Below are positions 10,761-19,442 of a DNA stretch of 20,000 bases, in pieces. Each line of letters opens with the position of its first letter. Positions within the stretch are counted from its first letter, which is position 1. The stretch covers positions 8,987,503-9,007,502 of the forward strand of contig NC_057720.1 of assembly GCF_004010195.1 (NCBI RefSeq), read 5' to 3'. Position numbers and translations under genes: made by a program. Source of the DNA: Chiloscyllium plagiosum (taxonomy: Eukaryota). The notes under the pieces are model-generated. The model did not search any database. It had not been told where the DNA came from and saw only the letters and a list, made by a program, of their open reading frames with translations.

Positions 10761-11292
10761 TTGTGTTGGGGTGGCAGGAGGGGGTGTGGGACTTACTAAC
10801 ATACAAGACTTATTGCATAAGTCTTGCTTGCAAGTCTACAGGCAATTGGTCGGTTTCACCTAGAATACTGTGCGCAGTTTAGGGAGTCTTACTGAAGATA
10901 GAAGCAGTTCCAAAACGGTTCACTGATTATTGAAATGAGTTTGATTTCATATTGGCTTGGGTTTACCTCCAGCAGGTTGACTTATCCTCTTACGCTATCG
11001 CTCATAACATGAGGAACTGCCATGAATCGGTATTTAAGAATCCAACAGACATTTCTTGCAACTGACTACTATGCAGTTAATGTCTGAGCTAGCGTTAAGC
11101 TATTAGATCATTACAGAATGCATTAAGCAGCAAATTCCATGTAGTGTGTCATGCTTTCCGGGTTAAAATGGAGTCTGAGATCTTTACACGTTCAGGTCAC
11201 AGGCTATGGTACAGTGATATCGTGAGTAGTTCTTTAAAGGTGTACTGACATACTGACTGTGAGACATAACACAACGCTTGTCAGTAAGAATT

Positions 11293-11332
11293 GAGTTCTG
11301 AGGAAGGATCACTTGATCCGAAATGTTAACTC
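11293..11332 (+). ncRNA. Minimal type-I hammerhead ribozyme motif, intact core
   Basis: GAGUU-CUGAGGA-A-GGAUC(ACUU)GAUCC-GAAA-UG-UU-AACUC: perfect 5-bp stems I and II, predicted cleavage after 11327. Confidence 0.8.
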
Positions 11333-11432
11333 TGATTTCTCTCAGCAGACGCTGCCAGACCTGTTGAGTTTTTCCAGCAGTTTCTATTTTCCTCTCTGAT
11401 TCACAGCATCTGCAGTTCTTTTCATTTTTATT
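11293..11432 (+). mobile_element. Solo PLE family B terminal repeat
   Basis: Homologous to the reverse complements of 3590-3731 and 15185-15318. Confidence 0.85.
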
Positions 11433-11435
11433 TAG

Positions 11436-11625
11436 TAGTCCCTTCTAAATCTCCTACCTATCCTGTTAAAACTGTGCCCACTCATTACTGACTCTTCAAC
11501 TAAGGAGATTAGCTGCTCTCTATTCACCCTGTCCATGCCCCTCATAATCTTATACCCCTCTGTCAGCCAACCTTCTCTACTCCAAAGAAAATAACCTGAG
11601 TTTATCCAGCCTCTTTTAATAGCTG
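11436..11625 (-). mobile_element. CR1 ORF2 C-terminal fragment
   Basis: accctgtccatgcccctcataatcttatac is the reverse complement of YKIMRGMDRV. Confidence 0.8.
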
Positions 11626-12116
11626 CTGAAAGCTGTTGCTTCCAACCAGTAAGTCAGGGATTTTATAACTTTTATCTGCTCCTACTGCAAGGAAGTGCAA
11701 TGCTTAGACAACAAGGATTGAAAAACAGCAAGCCCCAGTAAGGGAAAGCATCATTTCAGTGAATCCTGTGGATAGCGGCCATTGACCTGCTTTCACAGTG
11801 CTTTCTGCCTCCAGTTAAAACACCACTGTGTTCCTCTCTCTCTGTCTGCATGCAAAGAGGAAGTCTTATATCAGACTCAGAGTTTTAACAAGGAGAGTTG
11901 TATGTCTGTCATTTATAGTTGTTTAGCTGTATCTGGAATCTATTTCTTCATAACAATCAAATAATCCCTGTTAAGTGCTCTATGTCGGCCCAGGTCTAAA
12001 CAGACAGGTAAATTGGGAAATTTTGCATATTTTGATAAAGTTGTTAACTTTTATGACAACTCGCGTAGGAGTATGGCTTGGTTTCTAGTGCATTACCTCA
12101 GCAAGGAGTGACACTG

Positions 12117-12413
12117 AGAATCATAGAATCCCAACAATGGGAGGCCATTCAATCCATCGATTCTGTGCTGACCTTTCAAAGAACATCCTGCCTAAACACA
12201 CATTTCAACCCTATCCCTGTGACCCTGCATTTACCATGGCTAATCCACCTAACCTGCGCAATTTGCTCTGTGGGAGAAAATCAGAGCACCCAGAGGCAAC
12301 CCACGCAGATGCGGGGAGAATGTGCAAACTCCACACAGACAGTCACCCGAGGCTGGATTTGAACCCGGATCCCAGGTGCTGTGAGGCAGCAGTGCTAACC
12401 ATTGTGCCACCGC
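12117..12413 (-). mobile_element. HE1-like SINE
   Basis: Minus-strand A box TGGCACAATGG and B box GGTTCAAATCC; body homologous to 1343-1664. Confidence 0.9.
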
Positions 12414-12426
12414 ACTCAAAAGTATA

Positions 12427-12510
12427 GCTTTGCTTCTCTCTCCAAAGATGCTGTCAGACCTTATGAATTTCTTCAGAACATATTGCTTTTATATCAAACA
12501 TTTGCAATAC
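12427..12510 (+). mobile_element. Degenerate PLE family B terminal-repeat fragment
   Basis: tctctccaaagatgctgtcagacc matches tctcagcagacgctgccagacc near 11340. Confidence 0.55.
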
Positions 12511-12550
12511 ACTTTTAAGGTTCTGATGACACTGATTCAAATCCACCATG

Positions 12551-12703
12551 TCAGAAGTTACATGACACCGTGTGATAGTCCACCAGGTTTATTTGAAATC
12601 ACAAGCTTTTGGAGCGCTGCCCTTTCATCAGGTGAAACATAACCTGGTGTCACGTGACTTCTGACCTGCTCTGCCCCAGTCCAACCCCATCACCTCCACA
12701 TCA
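12551..12703. mobile_element. PLE family C repeat with internal inversion
   Basis: Minus-strand arm with hammerhead at 12599-12635 followed by a plus-strand arm; homologous to 16363-16490; flanked by a degenerate TSD. Confidence 0.8.
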
Positions 12704-12960
12704 AGTCCAACATGACAGCTGGTGAAATTTATGTTCATTGTATAAAGCTGGAATTGAAAACTCTTCGCAGTAATTATGATCATTGATTGACATATATATT
12801 AAAAAAATCTGCTTCACTACTGTCCTTTACAGAAGGAAACTGCCCTCCTAACCTGGTTTGGCCTACATGTGACTCCGGACCCACAGCAATGTGGTTGAGA
12901 CTTACCTGCCCTCTGAAAGCCACTCTCTTCAAGGGAACTTACTATCACATGAAAGAATCG
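12704..12960 (+). mobile_element. tRNA-derived SINE, probably Meta-domain type (head remnant at about 12520-12550)
   Basis: tgtcctttacagaaggaaactgc...tggcctacatgtgactccggacccacagcaatgtggttga is shared with 14697-14775. Confidence 0.75.
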
Positions 12961-13345
12961 AGGAAAAATAAAGAACAGTATGAACATTCTCTCTCTCTCT
13001 CTTCTGGTAGCAATATACAATTCTAACTGTTCTAATAAATTCTCAGAGATTTCTCTATTGAAATTTCTACGACATAATTACACATCAAGTACTTTCTCAG
13101 AACAAGACTGATTACATCTACAAATAAAGTGACTGGAAACTTTAGTTAAAAACAGGATTTTTCAGTAATCCACAATAATGCTCCTCAGTCACTGAGATGT
13201 GGTTCTAATATCCAAATTAAATATGTTTGCTAAATCATGACATACACTCGTGTTAAATTTGACAATGGCATTTAAATAAAGGAATGCTTTATTGTTTGGG
13301 ATGTCATAAAAAGAGTCAAATATTAATTAGAAAAGCTTTTAAAAA

Positions 13346-13485
13346 GTTCACTCTGGGAGGTGGGCGTTGCTGGCTGGGCCAGTATTTACTACCCATTGCT
13401 GGTTGCCCCTTGAGAAGATGCTTGTGAGTTCCCGACAGCAAGTCCAAGTCGAACAACAATACTGTTAAGGAGGGAGTCTTAGACA
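13346..13485 (-). mobile_element. LINE 3' end (non-HER1 family)
   Basis: gggaggtgggcgttgctggctgggccagtattta...cccttgagaag is a recalled shark LINE/SINE tail in reverse; family uncertain. Confidence 0.55.
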
Positions 13486-13494
13486 AAGCTCAAG

Positions 13495-13575
13495 ATTAGC
13501 TGAGATTGTATAGAATATCACAGTAGGCTTGATGGGCTGAATAATTTACTCCAGCTCCTACTTCTTGTGTTCTTC
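13495..13575 (+). mobile_element. Short old CR1 3' tail
   Basis: ttgatgggctgaataatttactccagctcctacttcttgtgttctt. Confidence 0.55.
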
Positions 13576-14036
13576 TGGCATTTATTCTACAACTGTGGAT
13601 TCTGTTAATAGGGTGAATTATTCAGTGTTTCTGAAAAAACTGAGGTTTCTCAGTGAACCATGGCAGTTCTGTGACAATTTTGAGCACAAAATGGTGTTGG
13701 CTGGGAGTTCTCAGGTGTTGCCCTAGCAAAGACCATCCCTAATGTTTGCATTGTGCATAGTTCTGGGTGCCACTATTAACAGAAGCATGAGAATGCTTTG
13801 GGGAGAGTGTGGAAACGATTTAAAAGAATGTTTCCAAAAGTGAGAAACTCCAGTTATGACAACAGATTGGGAATGTTCTCCTTGAGAGAAGAAGGTTCAG
13901 AGGAGATTTGACAGAAGTTCTCAAAATCTTGAGATCTGGACAGAGCAGAAAGTAGGAAACCTGTACCTGCTTGTAAAAGGAACAAGAACGAGAGGGCGTA
14001 GACATAAAGTGATTTGCAAAAGAAACAAAGGCGATA

Positions 14037-14357
14037 TCATAGAAAGCCTATAGAGTCGAAACAGGTCACTTGGTCCAACAAGACCGCTCCGACCCTCTGA
14101 AGAGTAACCCACCCAGACCTATTTCCTTACATTTAGTACTGACTAATGTACCTAACCTATACATCCCTGAACACTACGGTGAATTGGCCATGCTAAATTG
14201 CCCAAACATCTTTGGAGTGTGGGAGGAAACCAGAGCAAACCCACACAAACATGGAGACAAAGTGCAAACTTCACACAAACAGTCACTAGAAACTGGAATT
14301 GAACGCTGCTCCCTGGCGCGGTGAGGCAGCAGTACTAACCACTGAGCCAACATGCCG
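14037..14357 (-). mobile_element. HE1-like SINE
   Basis: Minus-strand A box TGGCTCAGTGG and B box GTTCAATTCC. Confidence 0.9.
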
Positions 14358-14523
14358 GTGAGAGATAATAAAGGGTTTAAGCAGAAAAGGAAAGAAGTCA
14401 GGTTTAACTGAAACATTCAAGAGAGTAATGATGATTATTAAAATAGAAATAATTTGCAAGGATATGGGGAAAAGGCACTGGGTAAAGGTTTAATCATTTA
14501 AAGGAAAACATCTGCTATTTAAC

Positions 14524-14777
14524 GGGAGGTGATGGCCCCGTGGTTTTATCACTGGACTGTAAATCCCGAGACCCAGAGAACATTCTCAGGATTCAGGTTT
14601 GAATCCTGCCACAGCGGATGGTGAAGTTTAAATTCAATAAGTATCTGAAATTAAAAACCATTGTTGAATGTCGGAGAATCCCATTTGAGTCACTAATGTC
14701 CTTTAGGGAAGGAAACTGCAGTCCTGATCTGTTCTGGCCTACATGTGACTCCAGAGCCACAACAATGTGGTTGAGTC
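14524..14777 (+). mobile_element. tRNA-derived SINE (probably Meta-domain), 3'-truncated
   Basis: A-box-like tggccccgtgg, B-box-like ggtttgaatcc and core cactaatgtcctttagggaaggaaa. Confidence 0.8.
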
Positions 14778-14904
14778 ATTACCTCACTTAGCAAGAAATT
14801 AAAGGGCCAAATAATGCTCAGCTGAATAGCCAGTGGAGTCATGATGGGCTGCGTGGTTTCCTGTTGAGCCATATTCTGTGATGTTGTGATAGGATGAGCA
14901 AAGC

Positions 14905-15150
14905 AGTTTAGAGGTGGCTTGAGTGAAATAAAGACATCGACCTGTCGGCTCTCCAAATGAGCATCTTTACCTGGTGCCATTCTCCTGCCATTTCCCCACA
15001 TCCTTGCACATTATTTCTATCTGACTAATCATCCGATCCCTCTTGAATATCTCAGTTGAACCTGCATTGACTACACTTCCAGGCAGTACCTGAACTATAG
15101 GTTATTTGAAAAGTCATATCACCTTGCTTCTTCTGCAAGTCACTTTACAT
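14905..15150 (-). mobile_element. Old CR1 3' end, same subfamily as 14400-14882, opposite orientation
   Basis: Reverse complement reads tagaaataatgtgcaaggatgtggggaaatggc. Confidence 0.75.
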
Positions 15151-15184
15151 CTATGTTGTTATGTAAGGACCAATACAATTCCAA

Positions 15185-15318
15185 AACTAAATAAAAACTG
15201 AAAAAAAAACTGTGGATGGTGTAGAGCAGAAATTGCTGGAAAAGCTCAGCAGGTCTGGCAACATCTGTGGAGAGAAATCAGAGTTTTCATTTCGGGTCAA
15301 GTGACCTTCCTCAAAACT
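15185..15318 (-). mobile_element. Solo PLE family B terminal repeat
   Basis: gaaattgctggaaaagctcagcaggtctggca; degenerate hammerhead at 15281-15318. Confidence 0.85.
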
Positions 15319-16550
15319 AACTGAAGAATAATCTCTATTTCTCTCAGCTCTTTATTTATTCATAATTTTCCTGTCTAAACATTTTTTTCTCTCTCTTAGC
15401 CCAATCTTTTGTTGACTCCCTTGATTCGCCTTTCATCATTCGATTGTAATTTGTGTGACAAATTTCCAGCAAAGTCCCAGAAACAATTATGTCAACTACA
15501 TCGGCTCAAACTGCAGGCTGTGTAGCTTTTCCTTCCATATACTGGTTATAAAATTCACCAGTTTCAGGGGTTGTGACTATACAATAATTCAATTCATAAA
15601 GCTGGGTCACAGGAAAAAGAAACAGAAAAACCTATTTGGTGCAGTTCAAGTTGGAATTGCCAGATAAGATCTGGAGAATTTAGTAAAGGAACAGCAGTAG
15701 CAATAGGTCAGGAACAAGCAGTGTAGGTTTAATATAAAAGATTAAATTGGTTAAGAAATCACTGATTAATGATAAATGAACTGTGCAGAGATTATGTGCT
15801 TCCTTGGCTTAAGCAATTAAAGCAAAACATCTGCTATTAAGATTACCTCACTTACCAAGAAATTAAAAGGCCAAGCAAGAATGCATACCCTCAGAGCGTA
15901 TTACAAGTGCTTAGTGACTAATATAAGCTGTGCAATACATTGCAGGAAGATATCAATCCATTTTACATATACTGAGCACTTTGGAGTAAAATCTATTTGT
16001 TGATACATTATTCACTTTCAGATAATGAAACCAGCAGATATGCTCTTTTCAAATGACTCTTTTCCTTATGGAGTTGTCCCTTGCGGTCCTTTGTTTATGC
16101 CTGTTGTTTGATTAATTGCATCAACTAATTACAACCTATATCAATATCTTGGATGAAGGGATCAAAGGTATGCTTGCTAAATTTGTTGAACATAAAAAAA
16201 AGGCAAGCAAGTAAGTTGGAATTAAAGAGTTCTCAAAGCGATATCGGTAGGTTAAGCGAGAGAGCAACAATTTGTCAGATGGAGTATAATGTGAGAAAAT
16301 GTGAACTTGGTCCACTTTGGCAGAAATAATAGATAAGAAACTGATAATTTAAATAGAAGCCATGATGTGGAGGTGCTGGTGTTGGACTGGGGTAGAAAAA
16401 GTCAGAAGTGACACAACACCAGGTTATAGTCCAACAGGTTTACTTGAAATAACAAGCTTTTGGAGCGTTGCCCCTTCGTCAGGTGAAATTGACTTTGTCA
16501 GATGATGTGGAGATGTCGGTGTCGGACTGGGGTGGACAAAGTTAAAAATC

Positions 16551-16810
16551 CACCCCACCCTCTCCTCCCTGACCTATCACCTTCATCTCCTTTCCCACTG
16601 ACCTATTGTACTCTATGCCACTCTCTCCCCACCCCCACCCTCCTCTAGCTTATCTCTCCACGCTTCAGGCTCTCTGCCTTTATTCCTGATGAAGGGCTTT
16701 TGCCCGAAACGTCGATTTTGCCTGTCCCCGGATGCTGCCTGAATTGCTGTGCTCTTCCAGCACCACTGATCCAGAATCTGGTTTCCAGCATCTGCAGTCA
16801 TTGTTTTTAC
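16551..16810 (+). mobile_element. Young PLE family A terminal repeat with 14-bp TSD
   Basis: Flanked by CAAAGTTAAAAATC at 16537-16550 and 16811-16824. Confidence 0.9.
16682..16717 (+). ncRNA. Minimal type-I hammerhead ribozyme motif, intact core
   Basis: AUUC-CUGAUGA-A-GGGC(UUUU)GCCC-GAAA-CG-UC-GAUU; GUC cleavage triplet ending at 16713; stem I is weak. Confidence 0.75.
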
Positions 16811-17809
16811 CAAAGTTAAAAATCACACAACACCAGGTTATAGTCCAACAGACTTATTTGGAAGCACTAGCTTTCGAAGCACTGCTCCTTCAACAGGTAG
16901 CTAGGTGACAAAGGAGCAGCGCTCCGAAAACTTGTACTTTCAAATAAACCTGTTGGACTATAACCTGGTGTTGTGCGATTTTTAACTTTGTCAGGTGTAG
17001 TAGAGATAGCAGAACTCAGAGTTACCAAGGGATCTAGGTATCCTGGTACATGAATCACATTACGTTGGTCCACAGGTCCAGCTAGTGAGTAGGCACATGG
17101 AATATTGTCACTTATTGCAAAGAGAATAGAACATATAAATGACAGATGTTTTGCTTCAGTTATATAGAGCATTGGTGAGACCATTTCTAAAGTACGGTGA
17201 ACAGGTTTGGGTTGCGTTATTTGAGAAAGGGCATCACTGCATCTGAAGCAATTCAAAGGGCACTCATGCAACTGATTCTGAAACAAGGGGCTTTTACTCA
17301 TCAAAATGAGCAGGACTCATAACCATGAGAGTTTAAAAGAACGAGAGTTGATCTTACTGAAATGTATACAATTCTGAGAGGACTTCATATGCTGAATACT
17401 GAAAGAATACTTCTTATTGTTGGAACTAAATAAGTGGAAGCAATTTAAAAATAAGACCATTAGGAAAAGTCTCCTTCTCTCAGAGTGTGCAGAAGTGTCT
17501 TCCCCAGAATGATAGAGACAGGGTCGTGGGACATTTTTAAGGCAGAGGGAGATAGATACTTGGCTGTCAAGGGAGTCAGAGTAAACTAGATATAGGCAAG
17601 GATGTGAGTTCATATCAGGCATGATGTTATGGAACAGTGTAGCAGGCAAAGGGAGCCATATTACTTGAAATTGTATATGCAAATCAACAGACTACATATA
17701 GACAACCACATAGATTGTAGTGTTTCAATAAGGTGGCTCACCTTCCGCCAGCAGTTAATAGGAAGCAATAAGTGTTGGTTACCCCGTGAAAGGATAAAAG
17801 CCAAATGAT

Positions 17810-18125
17810 GTGGCAGTATGGTGACTCAGTGGTTAGCACTGCTGCCTCACAGCCCAGGGACCCGGGATCGATTCCCGCCTCAGGCGACTGTCTGTGTGGA
17901 GTTTGCACATTCTCCCTGCATCTGAGTGGGTTCCTGATGGGCGCTTCCAGTCCAAAGATACGCAGGTTAGATGAATTGGCCATGCTAAATTGCCCAAAGT
18001 GTTCAGGGATGTGTAGATTAGGTGCATTAGTCAGGGGTAAGTAGGGCAGGAGAATAGGTCTGGGTGGGTTAGTCTTTGGAGGTTCGGTGTGCACTTATTG
18101 GGCCAAATGGTGTAGGTTCTATGAT
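17810..18125 (+). mobile_element. HE1-like SINE
   Basis: tgactcagtggttagcactgctgcctcacag, B box ggatcgattcc and tail ttctatgat. Confidence 0.9.
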
Positions 18126-18185
18126 AACAGTGGTGAAGTGTATGACAGAACAAGTGCAATCCTAGCCAGGCCAGCTGACCCATCC

Positions 18186-18417
18186 ACAGAGTCATACAGC
18201 ACAGAAGAGGCCCTTTGGCCCTTTGAGTCTGCACTGACCTATCTGCACTAATTGCACTTTCCAGCACATGGCTCATAGCGCCAAATGTTATGACATTTGA
18301 AGTACTCTTCTATGTACATTTAAAGGTTACAAGGTTTCTTGCTTTTATTGCCCTCTTAGGCTGTATATTCCAGATTCCCACCACCCTCTGGGTGAAAACA
18401 CTTTGCCTCAAATCCTC
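18186..18417 (-). mobile_element. CR1 3' end
   Basis: agagtcatacagcacagaa tail; reverse complement encodes VFTQRVVGIWN. Confidence 0.85.
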
Positions 18418-18600
18418 CGAGAGCCGGGAGGAGGTGACGTTGGTGCGAGGTGATTGTCGGGAAGGCCGGTAAGTATATTTAAACTTCTTAGCTTCAGGCC
18501 AGCGAAGGAGGAGCGAGCAAAGGACTTCTGGGAAGGGTAAGTAGAACAGGTTATATTTGCGTGGTTGCGTTACCCGAGACACTACTCGGGTAGTGTCTCC
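18418..18600 (+). promoter_or_regulatory. Putative CR1 internal promoter / 5'UTR
   Basis: CpG-dense relative to the window, has a TGACG half-CRE, and lies directly upstream of ORF1. Confidence 0.45.
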
Positions 18601-18705
18601 CACCCATCCTTCTCCTCTAACCTAAAAAAAAAAGTTGTGGGAGCCAGATTAACAAGGTAAGGTAAATAGTTTATTTCCTAATCCTTTTTTTTTAGTAGTC
18701 ACTAA

Positions 18706-19442
18706 ATTATTATTGACAGGACTTACAGAGAAGTAGTCACTCCCCAGATAAAAGAAACAGACAGATGGGTGACAGTTAGGGGACAGAAAGGGAACCGGCA
18801 GGCAGTGCAGAGATCCCCTGTGGCCAGTCCCCTCAACAATAAGTATATCGTTTTGGATACTGTTGGGGGGGATGACGTACCAGGGGAAAGCAGTGGGGGA
18901 CCTGCTGCTCGGAAGGGAAGGGGGAAGAGAAGCAGAGCAGTAGTTATTGGGGACTCGATAGTTAGGGGAACAGATAGGAGGTCCTGTGGGGACGAGAGAC
19001 ACTCACGGTTGGTGTGTTGCCTTCTGGGTGCCAGGGTCTGTGATGTCTCTGATCGTGTTTTTGGGATCCTTTGGGGGGAGAGAGAGCAGCCCCAAGTCAT
19101 GGTCCACATTGGCACCAATGACATAGGTCGGAAGACAGATGGGGACTCGAGGCAGAAATTCAGGGAGCTAGGATGGAAGCTTAGAGCTAGGACAAACAGA
19201 GTTGTTTTCTCTGGTTTGCTGCCCGTGCCACGTGCTAGTGAGGTGAGGAATAGGGAGAGAAAGGAGTTGAACACGTGGCTACAGGGATGGTGCAGGAGGG
19301 AGGGTTTCGGGTTTTTGGATAATTGGAGCTCTTTCTGGGGTAGGTGGGACCTCTACAAGCAGGATGGTCTTCATCTAAACCAGAGGGATATCAATATCCT
19401 GGGTGGGAAATCGCTAAAGCTATTGAGGTGGATTTAAACTAA
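18706..19442 (+). CDS. CR1 ORF1p, SGNH/GDSL esterase domain (N-terminally truncated; probable 1-nt deletion near 19411)
   Basis: VVIGDSIVRG, LLGARV, VHIGTNDIG and QDGLHLN blocks; frame open from 18706 with no start ATG. Confidence 0.85.

Larger units (their letters stand above)
13735..14882 (+). mobile_element. Old CR1 3' region with three nested insertions
   Basis: ttgtgcatagttctgggtgcc, aggttcagaggagatttgacagaagt and gcaaggatatggggaaaagg, with the 3'UTR resuming at 14811; homologous to the reverse complement of 14930-15090. Confidence 0.75.
16363..16992. mobile_element. Cluster of PLE family C repeats (two tandem minus copies plus one inverted copy)
   Basis: tgatgtggag..gtgtYggactggggt at 16363 and 16503; caacaccaggttatagtccaacag at 16413 and 16828, with its reverse complement near 16950. 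Confidence 0.85.
16065..17660 (+). mobile_element. Old CR1 RT-to-3' fragment, interrupted at about 16362-16995
   Basis: gctaaatttgttgaa (AKF), atggagtataatgtgagaaaatgtgaa (MEYNVRKCE), then agggatctaggtatcctggtacatgaatca (DLGILVHES) and YRALVRP. Confidence 0.8.

Noticed and set aside
12523..12529. CTGATGA hammerhead core
   Set aside because: No stem II or GAAA follows; it lies in a decayed SINE head.
15848..16020. Minus-strand exon ending at a G|GTAAGT donor
   Set aside because: No convincing acceptor, and all frames have nearby stops.
18723..19274. 183-aa minus-strand ORF and other antisense ORFs at 18649-19990
   Set aside because: Shadows of CR1 ORF1/ORF2 with no independent motifs.
18769..19437. 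Host or bacterial GDSL lipase gene
   Set aside because: Directly followed by a LINE endonuclease, so it is CR1 ORF1.
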